A stretch of DNA of 64,000 nt, from NCBI GenBank assembly GCA_963699735.1, contig CAVOUZ010000018.1:105231-169230 (forward strand), written 5' to 3'. The translations under genes and the position numbers were made by a program. The notes under the pieces were generated by a model that searched no databases, was not told where the DNA came from, and saw only the letters and a list, made by a program, of their open reading frames with translations. Positions 1 to 11,313 of this stretch are shown here, one piece after another. Numbering within the stretch: the stretch's first letter is position 1; the number at the start of each line of letters is the position of its first letter. The stretch is from an uncultured Gammaproteobacteria bacterium (GTDB lineage: Bacteria > Pseudomonadota > Gammaproteobacteria > Chromatiales > Chromatiaceae).

Positions 1-833
1 GCAGTGTGGTCGGGGACACCACGACCACGATGATGTGGATCTCCGGCGTCGCGCCGATGCAGGTGCTGCACGCTTATCTGGCAGCGGGCGTCGCCCTGGT
101 GGTCTTCGGCATCCCCGCCTCCATGCAGCAGCAGCGCTTCGCACCGGTGTCGCGGGAGGTCCAGGAGGGGAGGCCCATTGACTGGACCCGGTTGGGCATA
201 GTGGCGGGCATCCTGATCGCAGCCGTGGCAACCAACGTGACGGTCAACCTGCACTTCAAGGATCTGGCCAACGGCTTCCCCTTCCTGGGCGCGGCGGTCT
301 GGGTAGCGATCCTGCTCGCACTGCCCCTGCGCAAGCCCGAGTGGGGCCTGTTGCCCGACGCGCTCAAGGGCAGCCTGTTCCTGCTCTCGCTGGTGCTATG
401 CGCCTCAATGATGCCGGTGGAGCGACTCCCGCCGGCATCCTGGTACTCCGCCCTGACCCTGGGATTCGTGTCTGCCGTCTTCGATAACATCCCGCTCACC
501 GCGCTGGCACTCAAGCAGGGCGGCTTCGACTGGGGCATGCTCGCCTACGCGGTGGGTTTCGGCGGCTCCATGATCTGGTTCGGAAGCTCCGCCGGGGTCG
601 CGCTGTCGAACATCTTTCCCCAGGCCAAGTCCGTGGGGGCCTGGGTTCGTAACGGATGGCACGTCCCACTGGGCTATGTGATCGGGTTCGCGGCCCTGAT
701 GCTCCTGATGGGCTGGCAGGCTCCGCCTCCCAGAATGCCGGGGCAGACACCGGTGGTCGAGCGCGAGCCGATCCCCTCGCCGTCGCAACTCGACGTGCCG
801 CCGCCAGTCACTAAGGGGCTCGCTCCATCATGA
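1..833 (+). CDS. Ion transporter (IT) superfamily permease, NhaD/citrate transporter-like; 5' end lies outside the window
   Basis: Polytopic hydrophobic ORF with SAVFDNIPL and GGSMIWFGSSAGVAL motifs; stop overlaps the next start (ATGA). Confidence 0.75.
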   Translation, partial: SVVGDTTTTMMWISGVAPMQVLHAYLAAGVALVVFGIPASMQQQRFAPVSREVQEGRPIDWTRLGIVAGILIAAVATNVTVNLHFKDLANGFPFLGAAVWVAILLALPLRKPEWGLLPDALKGSLFLLSLVLCASMMPVERLPPASWYSALTLGFVSAVFDNIPLTALALKQGGFDWGMLAYAVGFGGSMIWFGSSAGVALSNIFPQAKSVGAWVRNGWHVPLGYVIGFAALMLLMGWQAPPPRMPGQTPVVEREPIPSPSQLDVPPPVTKGLAPS

Positions 834-1252
834 AATTCCTCGTACCCGTCGACGGCTCCGAGTGCTGCGAGCGCGCGGTCGCCCATGTGATCCGGCTCGC
901 CCAATGCCGCGAGTCGCCGGAGATCCATCTGCTCAATGTTCGCGAGCCGGTGAGTGCCTGGGAGGTGCGACGCTTCCTCAACGACGCGGAGGTGGCCGAG
1001 ATGCAGCAGCGGGAGGGAGAGTCGGACGTCAGCGCGGCGCGTGCCTTGCTGGACGCCGCTGGGCTGGCCTACCAGGTGCAGATAATGGCAGGGCCTGTGG
1101 CCCAAACCATCGCCGACACCGCGCGCCGGAAGGGATGCGACTCCATCGTCATGGGCACGCACGGCCGTGGCGGTCTCGCGACCCTCTTCCTGGGGTCGGT
1201 GGCCGCGAAGGTCATACATCTCTCCGAGATACCGGTCACGCTGGTGAGGTAG
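830..1252 (+). CDS. Universal stress protein (UspA family)
   Basis: LVPVDGSE at the N-terminus and IVMGTHGRGG..FLGSVA..V ATP-binding motif. Confidence 0.93.
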   Translation: MKFLVPVDGSECCERAVAHVIRLAQCRESPEIHLLNVREPVSAWEVRRFLNDAEVAEMQQREGESDVSAARALLDAAGLAYQVQIMAGPVAQTIADTARRKGCDSIVMGTHGRGGLATLFLGSVAAKVIHLSEIPVTLVR

Positions 1253-1309
1253 CCGGTCCAGCCTCGACGGATCGGGCGGCCCCTGCACGGCCGAGGGTCT
1301 CGATCGTCC

Positions 1310-2722
1310 TCAGCGCGGCACGGCCAGGCAGCTGTGGCGGCGTGAATACGTGAAATAGACGACGAGCCCCAGGGCCAGCCACAAACCGAAGCGCAGCCAG
1401 GTCACCCAGGGCAGATTCGCCGCCAGATAGAGGCAGGCAGCGGCGCCCATCAGCGGCACCAAGGGCGAAAAGGGGGTGCGGAAGGGCCTTGGCATGTCCG
1501 GACGGGTGATGCGCAGCACGACGACCCCGACGCACACCAGAAAGAAGGCCGCCAGGGTCCCAATGTTGACCAGCTCCGCCACCTGTCCGATGGGCGTCAG
1601 CCCGGCCACAACCGCCATGATCAGACCTGCCACCGCGATCACCGGCACCGGCGTGCGGGTACGCGGACTCACGCGGGCGAACAGGGGCGGGAGCAGACCG
1701 TCACGTGACATCGCGAGGAAGATCCGTGTCAACCCGTAGTAAAGGACCAGCATCACCGTGGTGAGTCCGGCGATGGCGCCTGCCGCCACCACCGCCGCGG
1801 CCCAGGGATAACCGAGACGCAGCATGACGTCCGCGACCGGCGACCCGAGGTTGAGCGTCGGATAAGGGACCGCCCCGGTGAGGACCCCGGCCACGAGGAT
1901 GTAGATCAGGGTGCAGACCGCGAGCGAGATGAGGATCCCGATGGGAAGGTCCCGCTGGGGGTTGCGCGCCTCTTCCGCCGCCGTCGAGACGGCATCGAAC
2001 CCGATATAGGCGAAGAAGATCAGGGCCGCACCGCCCATGACACCGCCCCAGCCGAAGGGCATGAAAGGCGTCCAATTCGCCGGGTTCACGTGGGCCAGGG
2101 CGACCACGAGGAACACGGCGATGGCCAGGAGCTTCACCAGAACCATGAGGGTGTTCACGCGAACGCTCTCGCGCACCCCGATTGCGAGCAGGAACGCCAG
2201 CAGGGTGATGATGGCGGCCGCCGGGAGATTGAGGATACCCCCCTCCACGGGCCCCTTGAGCAGATCCGCTGGGAGCCCGAGCCCCAAGGCCTGCAAGGCA
2301 TTGTTCGCGTAGCCCGACCAACCGATGGCCACCGCCGAGACGGCGACCCCGTACTCGAGGATGAGGTCCCAGCCAATAATCCAGGCGACGATCTCCCCCA
2401 GACCCGCATAGCTATACCCATAGGCGCTTCCGCAGCCGCCGATGGCCGCCGCAAGCTCCGCGTAGGCTAGGGCCGAGAAGGCGCAGGCGGCGCCCGCCAC
2501 CACATAGGACAGGACGATTGCCGGTCCCGCCTTGGTTGCCGCCGCGACCCCGGTGAGCACGAAGATCCCGGCGCCAATGATGGCTCCGATGCCGAGGAGC
2601 GTCAGATCAATGGGGCCTAGGACCCGGCTCAGCCCGGTGTCAACCAGGTGGTGATCGGCGTTGATCGACTTGGTACGCAGCAGGTCCAACCGACGAGGGT
2701 CGGACGATCGCTCGGCAGACAT
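1310..2722 (-). CDS. APC-superfamily amino acid permease (cationic amino acid transporter-like)
   Basis: GIGAIIGAGIF, GSAYGY and FFAYIGFD motifs; GGAGG RBS before ATG at 2722. Confidence 0.93.
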   Translation of the reverse strand: MSAERSSDPRRLDLLRTKSINADHHLVDTGLSRVLGPIDLTLLGIGAIIGAGIFVLTGVAAATKAGPAIVLSYVVAGAACAFSALAYAELAAAIGGCGSAYGYSYAGLGEIVAWIIGWDLILEYGVAVSAVAIGWSGYANNALQALGLGLPADLLKGPVEGGILNLPAAAIITLLAFLLAIGVRESVRVNTLMVLVKLLAIAVFLVVALAHVNPANWTPFMPFGWGGVMGGAALIFFAYIGFDAVSTAAEEARNPQRDLPIGILISLAVCTLIYILVAGVLTGAVPYPTLNLGSPVADVMLRLGYPWAAAVVAAGAIAGLTTVMLVLYYGLTRIFLAMSRDGLLPPLFARVSPRTRTPVPVIAVAGLIMAVVAGLTPIGQVAELVNIGTLAAFFLVCVGVVVLRITRPDMPRPFRTPFSPLVPLMGAAACLYLAANLPWVTWLRFGLWLALGLVVYFTYSRRHSCLAVPR

Positions 2723-2740
2723 GATGGGAAGTCCTCCGAC

Positions 2741-2930
2741 GCTCAAAGGAGGCGCTAATCGAATGCCATCCTGGCACTGGATCAGCTCTCATCCGAGAGG
2801 CACGACTCTCGGGTGGCTCCATCTTCAATGGCTTAGTGCCACTGAAGATGCCGGACCATCCTTGGCCTGGACGGGAAACGCATTCAATCCTTTCCCCTAA
2901 AGGGGCGACCCTGTGCGGCGCTGTTTGAGT
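2741..2930. other. Structured intergenic element (multi-hairpin, imperfect terminal inverted repeat); candidate cis-regulatory RNA or MITE-like repeat
   Basis: GCTCAAA..GGCGC pairs with GCGCT..TTTGAGT; inner stems GAATGC/GCATTC, CATCCGAGAG/CTCTCGGGTG, CATCTTCAATGGC/GCCACTGAAGATG, CCCC-TAAA-GGGG. Confidence 0.5.
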
Positions 2931-2952
2931 AACCCCATCTCTATCCCGGCGC

Positions 2953-3975
2953 TCAGTCCTTCCCCAACAGGGCGAAGGACTTGGTCTCGAGGTCCCGGAA
3001 TCGATCCCCCTCCCGGACGATGAAGTAGGCGGGAATACCCCGGGATTCCGCCAGTTCCGGACCTGCCGACTCACCCATCACGATCAGCGCCGTGGCCAAT
3101 CCGTCGGCGCGCGTCGCGCTATCGGCTGAGGCGGGCTGCACCACGGTGACGGAGGCCAGTCGGTGGGCCACCGTCAGGCCTGTGCGTGGATCGATATGGT
3201 GGGAGTACCGCTTGCCGCCTTGCTCGAAGAAGTTTCGATAATCGCCGGAGGTGGAGACGGCGGCGTCGGGGATCGGCAGCACCCGTTGCACCGCCCGCCG
3301 GGCCGCGCTGGGCTCTTCGACCGCGATGCCCCAATCCTCACCCTTGGAGTTGCGGCCGCGGACGCGGATGGTGCCGGCCACGGCCACCATGTACTCGGCG
3401 ATGCCGCGTGATTCCAGATAGGCGGCCATCCGGTCGACCCCATAGCCTTCGCCCAGTGCGGAGAGATCGATGTAGATGTCACCGCGCTGCTTGCGCAGGG
3501 CCGGGGGGTCGCGGCGCAGCTCGATCTTGTCGAAGCCCACCCGCGCCAGCGCCGCCTGGACGGCCTCCGTCGACGGGACCGCGTCTGCCTTGGGCTCCGG
3601 ACCGAAGCCCCAGAGATTGACCAATGGACCTACCGTGATGTCGAAGGCGCCGCCCGAGAGGGCGCTCGTGCGTTGACCCTCGGCAAGACGCCCAACAGGT
3701 TGGGCGAGACCGGGATCCAATCGGTATTGGGATTCGCGTTGAGCCGGGAGAGCTCGGACTCGGGGTCGTAGGTGGAGATCTCGGCGTTGACGCGGTCGAG
3801 CACCGCCTCGAGCCCAGCACGCAGCCCCTCGACGTCCACCCCGGCGGGAGGCCGGGGGACCTTGACGCTGTAATAGGTCCCCATGGTCGACCCGGTGATC
3901 TCGATCGACCGCGCCCGGGCCTCGGCCACAGGCAGCGAGCACCAGGACGGTCGCGAGGGCCAAGGCGGCACGCAA
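2953..3975 (-). CDS. apbE: FAD:protein FMN transferase lipoprotein; two compensating frameshifts (~3915 and ~3685)
   Basis: Lipobox LAAC; TMGTYYSV and STYDPESELSRLN sit in the 3630..3971 frame; GAFDITVGPLVNLWGF, STSGDYRNF, HIDPRTG and ADGLATAL in the main frame. Confidence 0.9.
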   Translation of the reverse strand: MRAALALATVLVLAACGRGPGAVDRDHRVDHGDLLQRQGPPASRRGGRRGAACWARGGARPRQRRDLHLRPRVRALPAQRESQYRLDPGLAQPVGRLAEGQRTSALSGGAFDITVGPLVNLWGFGPEPKADAVPSTEAVQAALARVGFDKIELRRDPPALRKQRGDIYIDLSALGEGYGVDRMAAYLESRGIAEYMVAVAGTIRVRGRNSKGEDWGIAVEEPSAARRAVQRVLPIPDAAVSTSGDYRNFFEQGGKRYSHHIDPRTGLTVAHRLASVTVVQPASADSATRADGLATALIVMGESAGPELAESRGIPAYFIVREGDRFRDLETKSFALLGKD

Positions 3976-4047
3976 GCGCCGCCCTTGGCGCGCCGAGGGT
4001 CAGGGTAGGTGCCCCAGGAGGGGCGGCACGGGGTCGTAAGGCCTGCC

Positions 4048-4987
4048 TCAGGGCCGCACCTCCGCCTCCTTGCCCTCCTTCGGGCGTCGGCATCAGATCG
4101 GTCCGGCTGATCCCCATCATCACGGCGGCGCTGCTGGCCACATAGATCGACGAGTAGGTCCCCACGCCGATGCCCACCACCAGGGCCAGGGCGAAGCCGT
4201 GGATGACCTGGCCGCCAAAGAGAAACAGGGCGAGTACGACGAACAGGGTGGTGCCCGAGGTGATGATGGTGCGCGACATGGTGTCATTGACCGCACGATT
4301 GACGATATCCAGCACGGTGCCCTTGCGGATCTTGCGGAAGTTCTCCCTGATGCGGTCGAAGATCACCACGGTGTCGTTCAGCGAATAACCGATGACCGCC
4401 AGGACGGCGGCCAGCACCGTCAGGTCGAACTCGATCTGGAACAACGAGAACACGGCCAGGGTGACAATGACGTCGTGGATGGTGGCGATGATGGCCGCCA
4501 CCGCGAGCCGCCACTCGAAGCGCACCGCGACATAGATCAGGATGCCAATGAGGGAATAGAGGATCGCGAGCCCTCCCTTCTCCACCAGCTCCTGGCCCAC
4601 CTGGGGACCCACGTACTCCACGCGGCGCAGGTCCACCTCGCCGGACGCGGCGCCCTTGGCCAGGGCCGCAAAGGCACGGTCGCCCAGGGTGGCGCTGTCG
4701 GCATCGCCCGACGGGGGCAGCCGGATCATCACGTCGCGGGAGGTGCCGAAGTGCTGCACCGTGGGGCCGGTGAAGCCCCCTTCGGCGAGGGATGCACGCA
4801 CGCTCGCGAGCTCCACCGGGGCCTTGTAGCCGACCTCGATGACGGTCCCGCCGGTGAAGTCCAGGCCCAGGTTGAGACCCTGGAACAGCAGGGATGCGAT
4901 CCCGATCAGGTTGACGACGGTCGACAGGACCAACGCCGGCATGCGGATCCGCATGAAGTCGATGTTGGTCTGCTTGAAGAGCTCCAT
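4048..4987 (-). CDS. secF: Protein translocase subunit SecF; apparent 1-nt frameshift in the last codons, probable true stop at 4048-4050
   Basis: GLDFTGG, IGYSLNDTVVIFDRIRE and GTYSSIYVA; follows secD. Confidence 0.95.
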
Positions 4988-5016
4988 GGCGCGACTCCGG
5001 GTCCAGTAATCGGGTT

Positions 5017-6873
5017 TCAGATGGAAAGGCTGGCCAGGCGGCGCCCGCCATAGACCAGATTGACGATGGCGCGGCTCCCCATGATGGCGGTGAACATCGA
5101 GGTCAGGATGCCGATGAAGAGCGTGACGGCAAAGCCCTTGACCGGGCCGGTGCCGAAGCTGAACAGCACCACCGCGGCAATCAGGGTCGTGAGGTTTGCG
5201 TCGACGATGGTGGACAGGGCCTTGTCATAACCCGCGTTGATGCTCGCCTGGGGCGAGTTGCCATTGCGTATCTCCTCGCGGATACGCTCGAAGATCAGCA
5301 CATTGGCGTCCACCGCCATGCCGACCGTGAGCACGATGCCGGCAATGCCGGGCAGTGTGAGGGTGGCCTGCAGGAGCGACAGGACGGCGACCATCAGCAC
5401 CAGGTTGACCAGCAGCACCAGGTCGGCGATCAGGCCGAAGACCCCGTAATAGAGCGCCATGAACACCACCACCACGCCCAGGCCGATCAGCACCGATCGC
5501 AGGCCCTGGTCGATGTTGTCCTGGCCCAGGCTGGGACCAATGGTGCGCTCCTCCACGATCTGGATCGGCGCGGCCAGGGCCCCCGCACGCAGCAGCAGGG
5601 CCAGGTTGTGGGCCTCATCGGAGCTGTCGAGACCCGTGGTCTGGAAACGCCGACCGAAGGGCTCGCGGATGGTGGCCACACTGATGACCTCCTCCACCTT
5701 CTCGGTACGCTTTTCCGGTTTGCCATCCACCAGCTTGGTGGTGGTGCGGTTCTCGATGAACACCACCGCCATGGGCTTGCCCACGTTTTCGGTGGTCACG
5801 GCGCGCATGCGCCGGGCCCCCTGACCGTCGAGGTTCACGAAGACCGCCGGTGTGCCGCTCTGGCTGTCGAAGCCGGCGGCCGCGTCGGTGATCTGGTCGC
5901 CCGTCACGATGACCCGGCGATTGAGCAGGACCGGGTTTCCGTTGCGCTCCCGGTAGAGCTTGCTCCCCACCGGGACCCGCCCGTCCACCGCATCGGCCAC
6001 GCTGTGCTCGGTGTCCACCAGCCGATACTCCAAGGTGGCGGTCGCGCCCAGGATCTCCTTGAGCCTCCCGGGGTCCTGGGCGCCGGGGAGCTGCACCACG
6101 ATGCGGCGATCGCCCTGACGGGCGATGTTGGGCTCCGCCACGCCTAGGGCGTTGACGCGGTTGCGCAGGGTGGTGATGTTCTGCTGCAGCGCGAAGTCCT
6201 TGATCTGTTTCTGCTGGCCGGGCGGCAAGGTGCCGGTGACGACGAATTCCTTGCCATCCTCGGCGACCTCCAGGGTCAGGTCGCGGAACTCCCTGCGCAT
6301 CACCTTGTCGCCCGCGTCTCGACTCTCCGCGTCCGGGAACTTGACGACGATGCGGCCCGAGTCGCGGGTGACTGTCAGATAGCGCACCTTGGAGTCGCGC
6401 AACAGGGTACGGATGTCGCCCACGTAACGCTCCAACGCCTGGTCGAGTGCGGCGTCCATGTCCACGTCGATGACGACATGGATGCCGCCGCGCAGGTCCA
6501 GCCCCAGGGCCATGGGGGAGAGGCCGAGGGCGCGCATCCAGCCGGGCAGATCCGCGGACAGGGTCAGCGCGCTGCGATAACGGTCAGACAGGGTGTTCTC
6601 GATCGCCTCCTGTGCCCGGAGCTGGTCGCCGGAGGTGGCGAAGCGCACCAGGAGCTTGCCGCCCTCCAGAGTATCCATGCGCTTGAAGGGCAGCTTGGCG
6701 TTCTCGAGGGCCGCCTTGATCTCGCTGGCGCTCTCTGCGGTGACGGCGCCACCGCGGGCGGCGGTGATCTCGATGGAGGGGTCCTGGGAATAGAGGTTCG
6801 GCAGGGCCAGCACCAGCCCGAACAGGAGCACGCCCAGGATCAGCAGGTTCTTCCAGAGAGGGTAGTGGTTCAT
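5017..6873 (-). CDS. secD: Protein translocase subunit SecD
   Basis: MNHYPLWK start, LGLDLRGG, GMAVDANVLIFERIREE. Confidence 0.97.
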   Translation of the reverse strand: MNHYPLWKNLLILGVLLFGLVLALPNLYSQDPSIEITAARGGAVTAESASEIKAALENAKLPFKRMDTLEGGKLLVRFATSGDQLRAQEAIENTLSDRYRSALTLSADLPGWMRALGLSPMALGLDLRGGIHVVIDVDMDAALDQALERYVGDIRTLLRDSKVRYLTVTRDSGRIVVKFPDAESRDAGDKVMRREFRDLTLEVAEDGKEFVVTGTLPPGQQKQIKDFALQQNITTLRNRVNALGVAEPNIARQGDRRIVVQLPGAQDPGRLKEILGATATLEYRLVDTEHSVADAVDGRVPVGSKLYRERNGNPVLLNRRVIVTGDQITDAAAGFDSQSGTPAVFVNLDGQGARRMRAVTTENVGKPMAVVFIENRTTTKLVDGKPEKRTEKVEEVISVATIREPFGRRFQTTGLDSSDEAHNLALLLRAGALAAPIQIVEERTIGPSLGQDNIDQGLRSVLIGLGVVVVFMALYYGVFGLIADLVLLVNLVLMVAVLSLLQATLTLPGIAGIVLTVGMAVDANVLIFERIREEIRNGNSPQASINAGYDKALSTIVDANLTTLIAAVVLFSFGTGPVKGFAVTLFIGILTSMFTAIMGSRAIVNLVYGGRRLASLSI

Positions 6874-7009
6874 TGCAGTTCCAAAGCTTTGGGGACGGCG
6901 GGCGGGCTCGCGGCGCTGGCCGGGGTCCGCCGGGTGACGGAGGCCCGAGCCATTCGGGAGTGTTGGCGGGTGGTCTCTGGGACCCCAGTTGGATCCCGGA
7001 TTCCCCTGA

Positions 7010-7348
7010 TCACAGCTCCTTGAGGGTACCCTTCGGCACCACGGACTCCACGGCGGCACGGCGAATCTTCACCTGGACCCCGTCGGCGATCTCGAGCTGA
7101 ACGAAGTTCTCCCCGATGTCGACGATACGCCCGGCGATGCCACCCATGGTCACGACCTCGTCACCCTTCGCCAGGGCGTCGATCATGCGCTTGTGCTCCT
7201 TCTGGCGCTTGGCCTGGGGGCGAATCAACAGGAAGTAGAAGACCACGCCGAACAACAGCAGCGGCAGCAGCGTCATCAGCGGGTCGGCAGCGGCGGGCGC
7301 ACCCGCGGCGGGCGCCTCGGCCAGGGCGTCGGAGAGGAAGAAGCTCAT
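7010..7348 (-). CDS. yajC: Preprotein translocase subunit YajC
   Basis: FYFLLIRPQ..GDEVVT.GGI; tgt-yajC-secD-secF synteny. Confidence 0.97.
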   Translation of the reverse strand: MSFFLSDALAEAPAAGAPAAADPLMTLLPLLLFGVVFYFLLIRPQAKRQKEHKRMIDALAKGDEVVTMGGIAGRIVDIGENFVQLEIADGVQVKIRRAAVESVVPKGTLKEL

Positions 7349-7561
7349 AGGATTCCCTACTTAGGTTGAGCGGGCGGCGCCACCGTGTCGCGCCGATCCC
7401 GGCAGAAACAGCCGCGCATTATGTCACAGCCCCGCTCAGGCGGCTCGATCCCCGAATGACCGCTCGGCGCCCGGGTGCAACGGCTGGGGCCCTGGTGTCC
7501 TTGGACTGGGCCCCGGAGGCATCGCGGCAGGCGCGCCCCGGGCCGGCGCAGACTGCGGACG

Positions 7562-9398
<1,837 letters not shown>

Positions 9399-9551
9399 GG
9401 ACGGGGCACTCGTGCGACAGCCGCTGCCATTCTGCCCGCAAGCACGGATGGAAACAAAAGCGGGCGATGTGGGCGAGCAAGCGGCCGGCGCGCCCTCCAC
9501 CGCCCGGGGCGACGGAGGATTAGGGTGACAAAGAATGCGGACCCGGGCCGC

Positions 9552-9974
9552 TCAGTGTCCCAACCGGGAGGCGCGGGTGAGGTCGGAAAAACGCACGCCC
9601 TTGAGCCCGCCGATCTCGAGCGACAACCGCTCGATCTCCGCCGGGCGGCCGCGGATGATGATGGTCTCCAGGCAGTTGTGGTGGTCCATGTGCACGTGAG
9701 TGGTCGCCACCACATGGACGTACTGGCGGTGCTGGATGTCCAGGATGTGCTGGGTCAGCTCCCGCTGGTGATGGTCGTAGACGATGGTCAGCACGCCCGC
9801 GACCTCCTGGTCGCCGCTCTCCCACAACTCCTCCACCAGCCGCTCGCGGATCAGATCACGCACCAGTTCCGAGCGCGAGGCATACCCCTTGCCGACGACC
9901 CGACGGTCCAGCTCGTCCAGCAGGGGGCGGGGCAGGGAAACGGTGAAGCGGATGGTCTCGTCAGGCTTGGACAC
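9552..9974 (-). CDS. nikR: Nickel-responsive transcriptional regulator
   Basis: Ribbon-helix-helix [17 protein letters not shown] plus YDHH and [11 protein letters not shown] nickel ligands; GTG start inferred. Confidence 0.95.
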   Translation of the reverse strand: MSKPDETIRFTVSLPRPLLDELDRRVVGKGYASRSELVRDLIRERLVEELWESGDQEVAGVLTIVYDHHQRELTQHILDIQHRQYVHVVATTHVHMDHHNCLETIIIRGRPAEIERLSLEIGGLKGVRFSDLTRASRLGH

Positions 9975-10227
9975 GGTAAAGGAGTCGGCTCCCCGGCTGG
10001 ATGCAGCCTGGTATTGGGACCTGCCCAAGGATACGACAATCAACAAGCCACCGCGCACCGGCGGCGGGCCTTGCTTAAGGAAGCGTCAGAAACAAACGCT
10101 TTCTCCTCAATGAGCGACGAATATCACGAAAATGCCACTGAACAGGATCAAGATGCACCTGAATTGCTTCGACATCATATCGTGTATTTCGTCGGTTCCT
10201 TCGCTCCGCGTTCGTCGGACCCAAATG

Positions 10228-10260
10228 AAAAAGCCCCGGCGCCTCAGGGGCGCCGGGGCT
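10228..10260 (-). terminator. Rho-independent terminator of the small upstream ORF
   Basis: 12-bp perfect stem AGCCCCGGCGCC/GGCGCCGGGGCT followed by a U-tract on the minus strand. Confidence 0.85.
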
Positions 10261-10283
10261 GGTGGGGGCATCACGACCCGAGC

Positions 10284-10454
10284 TTAAAACTCGGAACTTG
10301 TCGCCTTCGCGGAGTCGGCCTGAATCGCCTGGACCTCGACCACCGGGGACTTGGAATCCTCGGCGGCAAGACGATCATTCTCCGACATGACCATGGTGGT
10401 CTGAACACCGCCGATCAGCAGGGCAACGGAAGCAAGTACGCCTAAAACACCCAT
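10284..10454 (-). CDS. Small 56-aa hypothetical protein with hydrophobic N-terminus (absent from the ORF track)
   Basis: My translation: MGVLGVLASVALLIGGVQTTMVMSENDRLAAEDSKSPVVEVQAIQADSAKATSSEF*; AGGAG RBS upstream and terminator 23 nt downstream. Confidence 0.75.
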   Translation of the reverse strand: MGVLGVLASVALLIGGVQTTMVMSENDRLAAEDSKSPVVEVQAIQADSAKATSSEF

Positions 10455-10516
10455 GATAGAACTCCTGATAAAGATACTTTGTGGCTGCGATGGGTGAAAT
10501 TATATAAGCGATCTCT

Positions 10517-10536
10517 AAATTAGCAACCGCTAATTT
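10517..10536. promoter_or_regulatory. Palindromic operator candidate AAATTAGC-AACC-GCTAATTT
   Basis: Perfect 8-bp inverted repeat in an AT-rich patch about 60 nt upstream of the small ORF. Confidence 0.55.
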
Positions 10537-10633
10537 TGTTACAGAGTGTTACGCCGGCGGGCATCGAATCGACTTGGTTCTGAGATGCCCCGCGGGGCGG
10601 CGATCCCGCTCCCCCGGGCGCGGCGGGCGGCGG

Positions 10634-11170
10634 TCACTTCGCCAGCAGGTCGCGGTGCCGGGCGCGCAGCTTGGCGAGCTTCGGGGAGATCACGGCCTGG
10701 CAATAGCCCTGGTAGGGATTGCGACCATAGTAGTCCTGGTGATACTCCTCGGCCGGATAGAAGGTCGGCGCCGGCAGGATCTCGGTGACGATCGGGTCGC
10801 GCCACACGCCTTGATTGGTCAGCTCCGCCACCAGGGCCCGCGCGATGTCCCTCTGGGCGTCCGAGTGATAGAAGATCACCGATCGGTATTGGCTGCCGAC
10901 GTCCGCCCCCTGACGATTTGGGGTGGTGGGATCGTGGATGGTGAAGAAGACCTCGAGCACCGTCCGGTAGTCGATCAGCTCAGGGTCGAAGGTGACCTCC
11001 ACCACCTCGGCGTGCCCGGTGTCGCCGGCGCAGACCTCACGGTAGCTCGGGGACTCCACCGAGCCGCCCGCATAACCGGAGACCGCGGAGTCCACGCCCC
11101 TGAGCCCCAGATAGGCCGCCTCGACACACCAGAAGCAGCCGCCGCCCAGGGTTGCCTTTTCGCTCTTCAT
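10634..11170 (-). CDS. msrA: Peptide-methionine (S)-S-oxide reductase
   Basis: GGGCFWC active site, TGHAEVV, QGADVGSQYRS, AEEYHQDY. Confidence 0.97.
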   Translation of the reverse strand: MKSEKATLGGGCFWCVEAAYLGLRGVDSAVSGYAGGSVESPSYREVCAGDTGHAEVVEVTFDPELIDYRTVLEVFFTIHDPTTPNRQGADVGSQYRSVIFYHSDAQRDIARALVAELTNQGVWRDPIVTEILPAPTFYPAEEYHQDYYGRNPYQGYCQAVISPKLAKLRARHRDLLAK

Positions 11171-11278
11171 GACTGAGGACGCTCGTGATGGGAGTGACTC
11201 CCGAGGGTGTCGCCGGCAGCGCAGGATTTCAACCAAGCCCCGCAAATTACCGCTTGTCGATCGAACCGAAATTCGCAC

Positions 11279-11307
11279 TTGACAAGACCAGTAGTATTTT
11301 AGAAACT
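11279..11307 (+). promoter_or_regulatory. Sigma70-type promoter for the putative sRNA
   Basis: Perfect TTGACA, 17-nt spacer, weak -10 GAAACT; predicted +1 near 11314 at the base of the first hairpin. Confidence 0.6.
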
Positions 11308-11313
11308 GTTTAT

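Noticed and set aside
2741-2930. Lysine riboswitch call based on GAGGCGC...GCGCT ends
   Set aside because: The resemblance is on the strand opposite the permease, and the AGUA/GAAAGG/GCCGAA core motifs are missing
3479-4987. 502-aa SecF with a long C-terminal extension
   Set aside because: The extension comes from one extra base near 4082; correcting it gives a normal stop at 4048-4050 and removes the overlap with apbE
10011-10034. GTAT-N16-ATAC as a NikR operator
   Set aside because: Half-sites are too short and the spacing differs from the E. coli GTATGA-N16-TCATAC site
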